This document shows, piece by piece, positions 10,650 to 21,159 of a stretch of DNA of 64,000 bases. Position 1 is the stretch's first letter; every line of letters begins with the position of its first letter. This stretch comes from Escherichia coli (GTDB lineage Bacteria; Pseudomonadota; Gammaproteobacteria; Enterobacterales; Enterobacteriaceae). Below the pieces are notes generated by a model. The model ran no database searches, was not told the origin of the DNA, and saw nothing but the letters and a program-made list of their open reading frames with translations. Where the stretch lies: assembly GCF_024223415.1 (NCBI RefSeq), contig NZ_CP100500.1; one strand, written 5' to 3'. Made by a program: the position numbers and the translations under genes.

Positions 10650-12947
10650 ATGAAATGGCTATGTTCAGTAGGAATCGCGGTGAGTCTGGCCCTGCAGCCA
10701 GCACTGGCGGATGATTTATTCGGCAACCATCCATTAACGCCCGAAGCGCGGGATGCGTTCGTCACCGAACTGCTTAAGAAAATGACAGTTGATGAGAAAA
10801 TTGGTCAGCTGCGCTTAATCAGCGTCGGCCCGGATAACCCGAAAGAGGCGATCCGCGAGATGATCAAAGACGGTCAGGTTGGGGCGATTTTCAACACCGT
10901 AACCCGTCAGGATATCCGCGCCATGCAGGATCAGGTGATGGAATTAAGCCGCCTGAAAATTCCTCTTTTCTTTGCTTACGACGTGCTGCACGGTCAGCGC
11001 ACGGTGTTCCCGATTAGCCTCGGTCTGGCCTCGTCTTTTAACCTCGATGCAGTGAAAACGGTCGGACGTGTCTCTGCTTATGAAGCGGCAGATGATGGCC
11101 TGAATATGACCTGGGCACCGATGGTCGATGTCTCGCGCGATCCGCGCTGGGGACGTGCTTCCGAAGGTTTTGGCGAAGATACGTATCTCACCTCAACAAT
11201 GGGTAAAACCATGGTGGAAGCGATGCAGGGTAAAAGCCCGGCAGATCGCTACTCGGTGATGACCAGCGTCAAACACTTTGCCGCATACGGCGCGGTAGAA
11301 GGCGGTAAAGAGTACAACACCGTCGATATGAGTCCGCAGCGCCTGTTTAATGATTATATGCCGCCGTACAAAGCGGGGCTGGACGCAGGCAGCGGCGCGG
11401 TGATGGTGGCGCTGAACTCGCTGAACGGCACGCCAGCCACCTCCGATTCCTGGCTGCTGAAAGATGTTCTGCGCGACCAGTGGGGCTTTAAAGGCATCAC
11501 CGTTTCCGATCACGGTGCAATCAAAGAGCTGATTAAACATGGCACGGCGGCAGACCCGGAAGATGCGGTGCGCGTGGCGCTGAAATCCGGAATCAACATG
11601 AGCATGAGCGACGAGTACTACTCGAAGTATCTGCCTGGGTTGATTAAATCCGGCAAAGTGACGATGGCAGAGCTGGACGATGCTGCCCGCCATGTACTGA
11701 ACGTTAAATATGATATGGGGTTGTTTAACGACCCATACAGCCATTTGGGGCCGAAAGAGTCTGACCCGGTGGATACCAATGCCGAAAGCCGCCTGCACCG
11801 TAAAGAAGCGCGTGAAGTGGCGCGCGAAAGCTTGGTGTTGCTGAAAAACCGTCTCGAAACGTTACCGCTGAAAAAATCGGCCACCATTGCGGTGGTTGGG
11901 CCACTGGCGGACAGTAAACGTGACGTGATGGGCAGCTGGTCCGCAGCCGGTGTTGCCGATCAATCCGTGACCGTACTGACCGGGATTAAAAATGCCGTCG
12001 GTGAAAACGGTAAAGTGCTGTATGCCAAAGGGGCGAACGTTACCAGTGACAAAGGCATTATCGATTTCCTGAATCAGTATGAAGAAGCGGTCAAAGTCGA
12101 TCCGCGTTCGCCGCAAGAGATGATTGATGAAGCGGTGCAGACGGCGAAACAATCTGATGTGGTGGTGGCTGTAGTCGGTGAAGCACAGGGGATGGCGCAC
12201 GAAGCCTCCAGCCGGACCGATATCACTATTCCGCAAAGCCAACGTGACTTGATTGCGGCGCTGAAAGCCACCGGTAAACCGCTGGTGCTGGTGCTTATGA
12301 ACGGGCGTCCGCTGGCGCTGGTGAAAGAAGATCAGCAGGCTGATGCGATTCTGGAAACCTGGTTTGCGGGGACTGAAGGCGGTAATGCAATTGCCGATGT
12401 GTTGTTTGGCGATTACAACCCGTCCGGCAAGCTGCCGATGTCCTTCCCGCGTTCTGTCGGGCAGATCCCGGTGTACTACAGCCATCTGAACACCGGTCGT
12501 CCGTATAATGCCGACAAGCCGAACAAATACACTTCGCGTTATTTTGATGAAGCTAACGGGGCGCTTTATCCGTTCGGCTATGGTCTGAGCTATACCACTT
12601 TCACCGTCTCTGATGTGAAACTTTCTGCGCCGACCATGAAGCGTGACGGCAAAGTGACGGCCAGCGTGCAGGTGACGAACACCGGTAAGCGCGAGGGTGC
12701 CACGGTAGTGCAGATGTACTTGCAGGATGTGACGGCTTCCATGAGTCGCCCTGTGAAACAGCTGAAAGGCTTTGAGAAAATCACCCTGAAGCCGGGCGAA
12801 ACTCAGACCGTCAGCTTCCCGATTGATATTGAGGCGCTGAAGTTCTGGAATCAACAGATGAAATATGACGCCGAGCCTGGCAAGTTCAATGTCTTTATCG
12901 GCACTGATTCCGCACGCGTTAAGAAAGGCGAGTTTGAGTTGCTGTAA
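10650..12947 (+). CDS. bglX: periplasmic beta-glucosidase (GH3)
   Basis: Start MKWLCSVGIAVSLALQPALA (signal peptide) with GAGGAAG RBS; GH3 domain (765 aa). Confidence 0.9.
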   Translation: MKWLCSVGIAVSLALQPALADDLFGNHPLTPEARDAFVTELLKKMTVDEKIGQLRLISVGPDNPKEAIREMIKDGQVGAIFNTVTRQDIRAMQDQVMELSRLKIPLFFAYDVLHGQRTVFPISLGLASSFNLDAVKTVGRVSAYEAADDGLNMTWAPMVDVSRDPRWGRASEGFGEDTYLTSTMGKTMVEAMQGKSPADRYSVMTSVKHFAAYGAVEGGKEYNTVDMSPQRLFNDYMPPYKAGLDAGSGAVMVALNSLNGTPATSDSWLLKDVLRDQWGFKGITVSDHGAIKELIKHGTAADPEDAVRVALKSGINMSMSDEYYSKYLPGLIKSGKVTMAELDDAARHVLNVKYDMGLFNDPYSHLGPKESDPVDTNAESRLHRKEAREVARESLVLLKNRLETLPLKKSATIAVVGPLADSKRDVMGSWSAAGVADQSVTVLTGIKNAVGENGKVLYAKGANVTSDKGIIDFLNQYEEAVKVDPRSPQEMIDEAVQTAKQSDVVVAVVGEAQGMAHEASSRTDITIPQSQRDLIAALKATGKPLVLVLMNGRPLALVKEDQQADAILETWFAGTEGGNAIADVLFGDYNPSGKLPMSFPRSVGQIPVYYSHLNTGRPYNADKPNKYTSRYFDEANGALYPFGYGLSYTTFTVSDVKLSAPTMKRDGKVTASVQVTNTGKREGATVVQMYLQDVTASMSRPVKQLKGFEKITLKPGETQTVSFPIDIEALKFWNQQMKYDAEPGKFNVFIGTDSARVKKGEFELL

Positions 12948-12956
12948 TGCTTTTGT

Positions 12957-12980
12957 AAGGGCGCGACGTTTGCGCCCTTT
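12957..12980 (+). terminator. rho-independent terminator after bglX
   Basis: Hairpin gggcgcGACGTTtgcgccc followed by TTT directly after the bglX stop. Confidence 0.5.
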
Positions 12981-13022
12981 GCCTGATGTTCATATCTTAA
13001 CTTGCTGAATTTTCGCCCTTTG

Positions 13023-13060
13023 TAGGCCGGATAAGGCGCTCGCGCCGCATCCGGCAGGAA
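13023..13060. repeat. REP element
   Basis: gccggataaggcgctcgcgccgcatccggc matches the classic REP palindrome. Confidence 0.6.
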
Positions 13061-13198
13061 ACGCCGGACCGAATATGCCTCTTAAGTATTTATCTGATTC
13101 TGCAACTGAATCCTTCCGCTCAAGCTAACCCCGCCATTATCAACTATGCTTTTCTCTTAATTCGCTGAAAACAACAGTAAAAGAATGAGGAAAGCATC

Positions 13199-14116
13199 AT
13201 GCCACTCTTAAAGCTCTGGGCAGGTTCACTGGTTATGTTGGCAGCCGTGAGCCTGCCGCTACAGGCGGCTTCCCCCGTTAAAGTCGGTTCAAAAATCGAT
13301 ACCGAAGGTGCGCTACTCGGCAATATCATTTTGCAGGTGCTGGAAAGCCACGGCGTACCGACGGTGAATAAAGTGCAACTCGGAACGACTCCTGTGGTGC
13401 GCGGGGCGATTACTTCCGGTGAACTGGATATCTATCCGGAATATACCGGCAATGGCGCTTTCTTCTTTAAAGATGAAAACGATGCAGCGTGGAAAAACGC
13501 GCAGCAAGGTTACGAGAAAGTCAAAAAGCTCGATTCGGAGCACAACAAGTTAATCTGGCTGACGCCCGCGCCTGCAAATAACACCTGGACTATCGCCGTG
13601 CGTCAGGATGTGGCAGAGAAAAATAAACTCACTTCGCTTGCCGACCTGAGTCGTTATCTGCAAGAGGGCGGCACCTTCAAACTGGCAGCCTCGGCAGAGT
13701 TTATCGAACGCGCCGATGCGTTACCCGCGTTTGAAAAAGCCTATGGCTTTAAGCTCGGTCAGGATCAGTTGCTGTCACTGGCTGGTGGCGACACGGCGGT
13801 GACGATCAAAGCCGCTGCCCAGCAAACCTCTGGCGTTAATGCTGCAATGGCTTACGGCACTGACGGCCCGGTAGCGGCGCTGGGGCTGCAAACCTTAAGC
13901 GATCCGCAAGGTGTGCAACCTATCTACGCGCCTGCACCAGTGGTGCGTGAGTCGGTGTTGAGGGAGTATCCGCAAATGGCACAGTGGCTACAGCCAGTCT
14001 TCGCCAGCCTCGATGCAAAAACATTGCAGCAACTGAATGCCAGCATTGCTGTGGAAGGACTGGATGCCAAAAAAGTGGCTGCCGACTACCTGAAACAAAA
14101 AGGGTGGACGAAGTAA
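13199..14116 (+). CDS. osmF: glycine betaine ABC transporter periplasmic binding protein
   Basis: 305-aa ORF with signal peptide MPLLKLWAGSLVMLAAVSLPLQA; K-12 yehZ position. Confidence 0.9.
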   Translation: MPLLKLWAGSLVMLAAVSLPLQAASPVKVGSKIDTEGALLGNIILQVLESHGVPTVNKVQLGTTPVVRGAITSGELDIYPEYTGNGAFFFKDENDAAWKNAQQGYEKVKKLDSEHNKLIWLTPAPANNTWTIAVRQDVAEKNKLTSLADLSRYLQEGGTFKLAASAEFIERADALPAFEKAYGFKLGQDQLLSLAGGDTAVTIKAAAQQTSGVNAAMAYGTDGPVAALGLQTLSDPQGVQPIYAPAPVVRESVLREYPQMAQWLQPVFASLDAKTLQQLNASIAVEGLDAKKVAADYLKQKGWTK

Positions 14117-14122
14117 TTTCCC

Positions 14123-15280
14123 GTGACTTATTTCCGTATTAATCCTGTTCTGGCGCTGCTGCTGTTGCTGACGGCAATCGCAGCGGCGCTGCCGTTTATC
14201 AGTTACGCGCCTAATCGTTTAGTTTCGGGTGAGGGGCGTCATCTCTGGCAGCTGTGGCCGCAAACGATCTGGATGCTGGTGGGCGTTGGTTGCGCCTGGC
14301 TGACGGCCTGTTTTATTCCCGGTAAAAAAGGCAGCATTTGTGCACTCATTCTGGCGCAATTCGTCTTCGTATTGCTGGTGTGGGGAGCTGGAAAGGCGGC
14401 GACCCAACTGGCGCAAAATGGCAGTGCGCTGGCGCGTACCAGCCTCGGCAGTGGTTTCTGGCTGGCTGCGGCGCTGGCATTGCTGGCCTGTAGCGATGCC
14501 ATCCGCCGAATCTCCACGCATCCGCTGTGGCGCTGGTTGTTGCATATGCAGATTGCCATTATTCCGCTGTGGTTGCTGTACTCCGGCACGCTTAACGATC
14601 TCTCACTAATGAAAGAATACGCCAACCGTCAGGATGTGTTTGACGACGCGCTGGCACAACATCTGACGTTGCTGTTTGGTGCGGTGCTGCCTGCGTTAGT
14701 GATTGGTGTGCCGTTGGGCATCTGGTGCTACTTTTCCACTGCTCGGCAGGGGGCAATTTTTTCTCTGCTCAATGTCATTCAGACCGTGCCTTCGGTGGCG
14801 CTCTTTGGCCTGTTGATTGCGCCGCTTGCCGCGCTGGTGACGGCCTTTCCGTGGCTGGGGAAGCTCGGCATAGCAGGAACCGGAATGACACCCGCACTGA
14901 TTGCGCTGGTGCTCTATGCCTTGCTGCCGCTGGTGCGCGGCGTGGTAGTCGGCTTGAACCAGATCCCGCGCGATGTGCTGGAGAGCGCCAGAGCGATGGG
15001 CATGAGCGGGGCGCGGCGATTCCTGCATGTTCAGTTACCACTGGCGTTACCGGTATTTCTGCGCAGCCTGCGGGTGGTGATGGTGCAAACTGTAGGTATG
15101 GCGGTGATTGCGGCGTTAATCGGCGCAGGCGGTTTTGGTGCGCTGGTTTTCCAGGGGCTGCTAAGCAGCGCCATTGATTTAGTGTTGCTGGGGGTGATCC
15201 CGGTAATTGTTCTGGCGGTGCTTACCGACGCGCTGTTCGATTTGCTTATCGCACTGCTGAAGGTGAAACGTAATGATTGA
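14123..15280 (+). CDS. yehY: ABC transporter permease
   Basis: 385-aa multi-TM permease; overlaps the yehX start. Confidence 0.9.
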   Translation: MTYFRINPVLALLLLLTAIAAALPFISYAPNRLVSGEGRHLWQLWPQTIWMLVGVGCAWLTACFIPGKKGSICALILAQFVFVLLVWGAGKAATQLAQNGSALARTSLGSGFWLAAALALLACSDAIRRISTHPLWRWLLHMQIAIIPLWLLYSGTLNDLSLMKEYANRQDVFDDALAQHLTLLFGAVLPALVIGVPLGIWCYFSTARQGAIFSLLNVIQTVPSVALFGLLIAPLAALVTAFPWLGKLGIAGTGMTPALIALVLYALLPLVRGVVVGLNQIPRDVLESARAMGMSGARRFLHVQLPLALPVFLRSLRVVMVQTVGMAVIAALIGAGGFGALVFQGLLSSAIDLVLLGVIPVIVLAVLTDALFDLLIALLKVKRND

Positions 15281-16199
15281 ATTTAGCCATGTCAGCAAAC
15301 TGTTCGGCGCACAAAAAGCCGTTAACGATCTCAATCTCAATTTTCAGGAAGGGAGTTTTTCGGTGCTGATTGGCACATCTGGCTCCGGCAAATCCACCAC
15401 CCTGAAAATGATTAACCGCCTGGTGGAGCATGACAGCGGAGTGATCCGCTTTGCCGGAGAAGAAATTCGCTCGCTGCCAGTACTGGAGTTGCGCCGCCGG
15501 ATGGGCTATGCCATTCAATCTATTGGCCTGTTCCCCCACTGGAGCGTGGCGCAAAACATCGCTACCGTGCCGCAATTACAAAAATGGTCGCGGGCGCGGA
15601 TTGACGATCGTATCGACGAATTAATGGCGCTACTGGGGCTGGAGTCAAATTTGCGTGAGCGTTATCCGCATCAGCTTTCCGGTGGTCAGCAGCAACGTGT
15701 GGGAGTGGCGCGTGCACTGGCTGCCGATCCGCAAGTCTTACTAATGGATGAACCTTTTGGCGCACTGGACCCGGTAACGCGCGGCGCGTTGCAACAAGAG
15801 ATGACGCGCATTCACCGTTTGCTGGGGCGTACCATTGTGCTGGTCACTCATGATATTGATGAGGCGCTACGGCTGGCAGAACATCTGGTATTGATGGATC
15901 ACGGTGAAGTAGTGCAGCAGGGCAATCCGCTGACGATGCTGACTCGTCCGGCGAATGATTTTGTCCGCCAGTTTTTTGGACGTAGTGAACTGGGTGTGCG
16001 CCTGCTTTCGTTACGTAGTGTGGCGGATTACGTGCGTCGCGAAGAACGAGCAGATGGTGAGGCACTGGCAGAAGAGATGACGCTACGCGATGCGCTCTCT
16101 CTGTTTGTTGCGCGGGGATGCGAGGTGCTGCCGGTGGTGAACATGCAGGGCCAGCCTTGCGGCACGCTGCATTTTCAGGATCTGCTGGTGGAGGCGTAA
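15273..16199 (+). CDS. yehX: ABC transporter ATP-binding protein
   Basis: Walker [13 protein letters not shown] signature LSGGQQQRV, Walker B LLMDEP. Confidence 0.92.
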   Translation: MIEFSHVSKLFGAQKAVNDLNLNFQEGSFSVLIGTSGSGKSTTLKMINRLVEHDSGVIRFAGEEIRSLPVLELRRRMGYAIQSIGLFPHWSVAQNIATVPQLQKWSRARIDDRIDELMALLGLESNLRERYPHQLSGGQQQRVGVARALAADPQVLLMDEPFGALDPVTRGALQQEMTRIHRLLGRTIVLVTHDIDEALRLAEHLVLMDHGEVVQQGNPLTMLTRPANDFVRQFFGRSELGVRLLSLRSVADYVRREERADGEALAEEMTLRDALSLFVARGCEVLPVVNMQGQPCGTLHFQDLLVEA

Positions 16200-16203
16200 G
16201 CGT

Positions 16204-16935
16204 ATGAAGATGTTGCGCGATCCGCTGTTCTGGCTCATTGCTCTGTTTGTGGCGCTGATTTTCTGGCTGCCTTACAGCCAGCCGCTGTTTGCTGCCTTGT
16301 TCCCACAACTGCCACGACCCGTTTATCAGCAAGAAAGTTTTGCAGCTCTGGCACTGGCTCATTTCTGGCTGGTGGGAATTTCGAGTTTGTTTGCGGTGAT
16401 CATTGGCACTGGTGCCGGAATTGCTGTCACTCGCCCGTGGGGCGCGGAATTTCGCCCACTGGTGGAAACTATTGCCGCCGTTGGACAGACTTTTCCGCCC
16501 GTCGCAGTGCTGGCGATCGCCGTTCCGGTGATCGGCTTTGGTCTGCAACCAGCGATTATCGCCTTGATCCTTTACGGTGTGCTGCCCGTCCTGCAGGCGA
16601 CACTTGCCGGGCTGGGAGCGATTGATGCCAGCGTGACAGAAGTTGCGAAAGGTATGGGAATGAGTCGTGGTCAGCGACTGCGTAAGGTCGAGCTACCGCT
16701 GGCGGCTCCGGTGATTCTGGCGGGCGTGCGAACTTCGGTGATTATCAACATTGGTACGGCGACGATCGCCTCAACGGTAGGGGCCAGCACGCTGGGTACG
16801 CCCATCATCATCGGGCTTAGCGGATTTAATACCGCGTATGTGATCCAGGGGGCGTTACTGGTGGCACTGGCGGCGATCATCGCAGACCGCCTGTTTGAAA
16901 GGCTGGTGCAGGCGCTTAGCCAGCACGCAAAATAA
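16204..16935 (+). CDS. yehW: ABC transporter permease
   Basis: 243-aa multi-TM permease completing the osmF-yehYXW operon. Confidence 0.9.
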
Positions 16936-17023
16936 AGGTATAACCTGCGAGCATGACGCCACCAATTCCGCCTAACGCCATAAACAGGAACAGGGCGATG
17001 ACCCCAATTTTAGCTATGCGCAT
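16916..17023 (-). CDS. yohO: 35-aa small membrane protein
   Basis: Reverse [38 protein letters not shown]; matches K-12 YohO from memory; overlaps the yehW 3' end. Confidence 0.65.
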
Positions 17024-17082
17024 AATGCACTCCTTATGTTAACGAAAGGATTGTACAGTAAAGCGCATTTGTTAACGAATCA

Positions 17083-17766
17083 TTAAATGCCGAGTGGGAA
17101 AATATCATGGCCTTGTTCTTGCCAACTGGTGAGTTGCTGCTGTTGGGCGGAGGTTCGATTTTCACCGCACCACACCAGCAATGTACGGCCTTCGAATAGT
17201 TCAGGGCGTAGTTGATTGAGCGAGTGGGCGAGGACATCAATGCGCCATCCTTGTTGACTGGCAATCCAGCCCTCCAGCCACAGACGGGTGGTATCCTGAA
17301 TATTCCAGCCAACCACCAGCGCATCTTTACCCTGTTTTTTACGTGCCGAAGCCAGACAAATGGCGATGTAGTTGATCAGTACGCCGTCGAGGATCGCCAG
17401 CAGCGCCTGGAGAGTCGGTTGTTGGCACTGAAGCCGTCGGCGCAGAGGAATAAACAGATGTGTGGTGAGTGTCTGGGCGGGGTAATCCTGACCGCGCTCT
17501 TTGATCCACGTTCGCAGGCTATGTAGATTGCCGCTTTGCAGGTAAGTCAGTAATGTTTCTTGCTGATCGCGCCAGCCGTTCTGCACATCAACATTTTCAT
17601 TACTGAGCAGCATTTTAACTTTGCTGACCTGCACGCCGTTGTCGATCCAGCGTTTGATCTCGCGGATCCGGTCAATATCGGCATCGTTGAACAGCCGATG
17701 ACCGCCGTCTGTCCGTTGCGGTTTCAGCAATCCGTAACGCCTCTGCCACGCGCGTAACGTGACAGG
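17083..17766 (-). pseudogene. mlrA: mlrA (yehV) 3' portion, separated from its 5' end by prophage insertion
   Basis: Reverse translation ...LKPQRTDGGHRLFNDADIDRIREIKRWIDNGVQVSKVKMLL... is the MerR-family curli regulator MlrA lacking its first ~22 codons, which lie at 63009..63074. Confidence 0.88.
17747..17766. repeat. attL core (direct repeat with 63007..63026)
   Basis: cacgcgcgtaacgtgacagg is identical at both prophage ends and lies inside the mlrA reading frame (encodes PVTLRAW). Confidence 0.8.
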
Positions 17767-17804
17767 GATTAAGGGTAAACTAACTGATTTTACAAGTTTT
17801 TATT

Positions 17805-19091
17805 TTACCCCACTTTCTTATGGGGCATACATGGGACACTTTCAGATAGTCTTTTGTTAAGGAGTTCTATCTGTTCGTGATTGTTGTCTTTCATCCATGC
17901 TCCGTAAACATTGAATACCATTTGTGCGTTTGTGTGGCCCATCTGGCTTGCGATAAAACTAGGATTAGCTCCAGCGGCAAGTGACCAGCATGCATAAGTA
18001 TGCCTGGATTGGTACGATTTTCTGTGTCTCAGACCTGCGCGTTTTAAGATACTTGTCCATGACTCCCTGATGGAGTCAACCTTATAGTGCGGTCCGGAAA
18101 ACTGCCGCTGTTTTATTACCTGAGGACTAAAAACAAAAGTGCATTTATGCACAGTACTTCTCCCATATTCCCTCTGCTTTACCTCTACAGAATGTTGCTT
18201 TCCAAGCATGGTCATTTCCGCCTGACTTTTAAGAGCATCAATAGCTGGTTGAACCAGATGAATTGTCCTTCCGGTGCCAGCATCGGTTTTTGGTGGAGTG
18301 AATTCGCCAAGTTTTGTATAATTCCTACGGATGGTTATAGTCCTTGCTTTAAGGTCTATATCTTCCCATGCCAGCGATACCAACTCCCCGTGACGAATAC
18401 CCGTGTATACAGCGAGAATCCACAGGTTTTTTGTTTGTTGATGACGGCAAGCCTCAATAAAACGAATAAATTCGTCACGGGTGAGAGGATCTGGTTTTAC
18501 CTTGGACTTTTTTAAGGGAGCCAGACCGTTAAATGGGTTTCCTGAGGTATAACCATTATCTGTTGCAAATTGAAACATTCCAGCTATGGTTGTCATATAG
18601 TAGTTTACCGTGACCACTGAGCGCCCTTTTATGGAAGAAGTCTTTCCATTAGAAAGCTTTTGGTAACCGGTCAACAAATCTCTCCTTACGAAAAGTAAAT
18701 CCTCTTTTGTTATGGATGAAACCAGTTTTTTTTCACCTAACATTGGTAACATGTTTTTAATTACTGACTGGTAACGGTTAAGTGCATTCGCACAAATCTC
18801 AATTTTCTTAAGGTCCAACCATTTTTCCGAAAGTGCCTTAACGGTTATCTCTCTTTTTCCCAGACCAAAGTGTTTCAGGTTAGGGGAATTAGGGAACTGC
18901 GCGGCGTAGTCGAAACTCCCCATTCTGATTGCAAAACAAACGGAAGTGCGAAGTTCACCTGCGATCTTCCGGTTTTTGGCGGTGTCAGGAACACCGAGGT
19001 TTTCTCTGACACGTTTGCCATTATAGTGAAACCATATACGGAGTGATCCTCCATGGTTTTCAACGCCTGTCGGGTATGATACGTTACTCAT
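17805..19091 (-). CDS. int: phage integrase (tyrosine recombinase)
   Basis: 428 aa; C-terminal catalytic region ...RHTYACWSLAAGANPSFIASQMGHTNAQMVFNVYGAWM; adjacent to attL. Confidence 0.9.
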   Translation of the reverse strand: MSNVSYPTGVENHGGSLRIWFHYNGKRVRENLGVPDTAKNRKIAGELRTSVCFAIRMGSFDYAAQFPNSPNLKHFGLGKREITVKALSEKWLDLKKIEICANALNRYQSVIKNMLPMLGEKKLVSSITKEDLLFVRRDLLTGYQKLSNGKTSSIKGRSVVTVNYYMTTIAGMFQFATDNGYTSGNPFNGLAPLKKSKVKPDPLTRDEFIRFIEACRHQQTKNLWILAVYTGIRHGELVSLAWEDIDLKARTITIRRNYTKLGEFTPPKTDAGTGRTIHLVQPAIDALKSQAEMTMLGKQHSVEVKQREYGRSTVHKCTFVFSPQVIKQRQFSGPHYKVDSIRESWTSILKRAGLRHRKSYQSRHTYACWSLAAGANPSFIASQMGHTNAQMVFNVYGAWMKDNNHEQIELLNKRLSESVPCMPHKKVG

Positions 19092-19124
19092 TAAACCTCC
19101 CAGACGTCCAGGAGCATTAACAGG

Positions 19125-19379
19125 TTAACCGGAACTTGCATTTTTGGCACCTGGTTGTTTCTGGTTTTCGATCCATCGCATAATTTCTTCGATGTTGTAC
19201 AGGCATTCACTGTAGTGCCCCGGATCACCTTCTACAGCGTAATGGCGGTATTCTTTTCCCTGCATCCATGACTTTCTTCTTGCCCGCTCAATGGTGCCAG
19301 GCTTTAGCCCTGTTGATGCAATGAGGACTCTCTCCGTACACCATTTGCTGGGGGTTATCTGATAGATGATTGTTTGCAT
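19125..19379 (-). CDS. excisionase-like protein (putative)
   Basis: 84-aa ORF immediately upstream of int on the same strand; assignment is by position and size only. Confidence 0.45.
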   Translation of the reverse strand: MQTIIYQITPSKWCTERVLIASTGLKPGTIERARRKSWMQGKEYRHYAVEGDPGHYSECLYNIEEIMRWIENQKQPGAKNASSG

Positions 19380-19535
19380 GCCAACCTCATAAAATTTTCA
19401 TCCACGGCAGTGGCACCACACATCAAACATTCGCTTCACAACTTCACGACAGTAGAAGCCGTCAACATCTCGCGTCAGGTCATAGCGATTGCCATAACGC
19501 TGGCGCACCCATAGTTCAAATGCTTTATTCATTCT

Positions 19536-19778
19536 TTACTTCCTTTTCATGGCCCGTAATTTTTTCAGATGAGCTTCCTGCTCTGTTTCTGCCAGAATTT
19601 GTCGGTATTCCTGGTGATCGAGCCGTTCAAACAGTTCATTAAAATCGTTTATTTTTACCGACTGTGTTCTCCCATCCATTCTTCTGTACAACACAGTGTT
19701 GTTTATGCAGCGAATAATTTTTACCGGGTAGCCAGCACTATCGGTGTATATCTGACCACGTTGAATCAGAGCGAACAT
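19536..19778 (-). CDS. hypothetical phage protein (80 aa)
   Basis: ORF in the leftward early operon; no family recognised. Confidence 0.4.
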   Translation of the reverse strand: MFALIQRGQIYTDSAGYPVKIIRCINNTVLYRRMDGRTQSVKINDFNELFERLDHQEYRQILAETEQEAHLKKLRAMKRK

Positions 19779-19865
19779 TCCTTTATCCCCAGCGGAAAAG
19801 CGAATACAGAATAAATGCCACCGCTATTGCAACTCCTACTGCGGTGAATGCTTCAGGCCAATTCA

Positions 19866-20495
19866 TCATTTCACCTCCACGCCGATCCCGGCAATAACAC
19901 AATCCCGTTTGATAGCTTCTTTCACCCAGCGTTTATAGGTTTCCGGATGGAATTTTGCGTTTTTTCCGGTACCGCTCCAGAATGCCTTTGATGTGATATC
20001 GGGCAGGGTGATGGTCAGGCCTTTCTTCTTGCTGCCTTCAGAACTTTTGCAAAAAGTTAATGCGTCGCGTAGTTCTTTAACACACGCATAGTTTTCTGCT
20101 TTCTCTGGGTCGCCGGTACGGTGTTCAGCTTCTTGTCTGCACCATTTGATGACTTTCTCTGCGGCTGCGTGGAGACGCTGACGTTGCCAGTCGTATGTGT
20201 CGACCAGCCCATATGCGTGATTCTTTGCTTTGCTTAATTCAGCGACGAGGCATTCGGAATCAATCAAATTATTTTCCGCAGCGGACAGCGCTTGTTTAAG
20301 TCGCTCGATTTCTTGAGCCATGTAGTAGCCGGTTTTACTCCAGGTATCGACATCATCGTCACTCATATCCAGTTCCATCGACGCCATCAGAACGGCGTCG
20401 TGATAGTTCTGGCTACCGCAGGTGATTGCAACGACGTAGGAGTCACTATTTTCTCGTTTATGGATAAGTACAACTGGGTTTTTGATCTTGCTCAT
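19866..20495 (-). CDS. hypothetical phage protein (209 aa)
   Basis: MSKIKNPVVLIHKREN...; RBS GAGGTG upstream; no family recognised. Confidence 0.5.
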   Translation of the reverse strand: MSKIKNPVVLIHKRENSDSYVVAITCGSQNYHDAVLMASMELDMSDDDVDTWSKTGYYMAQEIERLKQALSAAENNLIDSECLVAELSKAKNHAYGLVDTYDWQRQRLHAAAEKVIKWCRQEAEHRTGDPEKAENYACVKELRDALTFCKSSEGSKKKGLTITLPDITSKAFWSGTGKNAKFHPETYKRWVKEAIKRDCVIAGIGVEVK

Positions 20496-20503
20496 TCCGC
20501 ACC

Positions 20504-20599
20504 TCAGTAATTCATTAAAAATTTATATTCAATCAGCGCACCGAAAACGACGGACGCCAGCAGCAGACCAAACAGCATGGACAGGAGGAATGACTTCAT
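20504..20599 (-). CDS. candidate 31-aa hydrophobic peptide
   Basis: MKSFLLSMLFGLLLASVVFGALIEYKFLMNY; its start overlaps the stop of the upstream 74-aa gene (ATGA); below the track size cutoff. Confidence 0.3.
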   Translation of the reverse strand: MKSFLLSMLFGLLLASVVFGALIEYKFLMNY

Positions 20600-20820
20600 C
20601 GCTTTGCCTCCCGCTGTACGATTTTGTAGGCGCGCAGGATGTCGCGTGTTTTTCCTGACAACGATGACTTAACCCAGAAAAAGCCGCTGCGGTTTTCATA
20701 GATCCCCTGTACATTAAACAGCACCGCATCAACAACGCGGTTATGCTTTTGCAATGTCAGGCAGGAACTGGTGATCACGATGTTCGCTACGGCGCCATAG
20801 TCCTGGTATTGGATTTTCAT
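20596..20820 (-). CDS. hypothetical phage protein (74 aa)
   Basis: ORF abutting the upstream gene in the early-left operon. Confidence 0.4.
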   Translation of the reverse strand: MKIQYQDYGAVANIVITSSCLTLQKHNRVVDAVLFNVQGIYENRSGFFWVKSSLSGKTRDILRAYKIVQREAKR

Positions 20821-21159
20821 TTACATGTTCCCCATAACGGTATCGCTCATGTCGTTAACCATGCTCTGCCAGATTTCTTTGCCGCTTTGCGTCAGCTCGT
20901 TTCCACGAACGCATTTGCTTAACAGCTGAATACCAACGGCTTCCCATTGGGGGTAATTTTCTTTGATAGCCTTCAGAGCATAACCATCGATTAAATCCCT
21001 GATACCTTTAACCCCACCGATGATGTTTACTCGTATGGATTGCCCATTGACATTAATCATGAAATGATCTCCGTTGGTGGCGGATATGTGGTTGTGCAGT
21101 GCAGCCGCATACTGATTTGCCAGCGCATTGAGGCGGAAATTTTGTGTAATGAGTGGCAT
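20821..21159 (-). CDS. hypothetical phage protein (112 aa)
   Basis: MPLITQNFRLNALANQYAAALHN...; start overlaps the upstream stop. Confidence 0.45.
   Translation of the reverse strand: MPLITQNFRLNALANQYAAALHNHISATNGDHFMINVNGQSIRVNIIGGVKGIRDLIDGYALKAIKENYPQWEAVGIQLLSKCVRGNELTQSGKEIWQSMVNDMSDTVMGNM

Noticed and set aside
10578-16625. Numerous antisense or alternative-frame track ORFs inside bglX, yehY, yehX, yehW (e.g. 11862..12854, 15844..16548, 14725..15177).
   Set aside because: They overlap well-supported genes on the opposite strand or in another frame; open frames of this kind are expected in GC-rich coding DNA.
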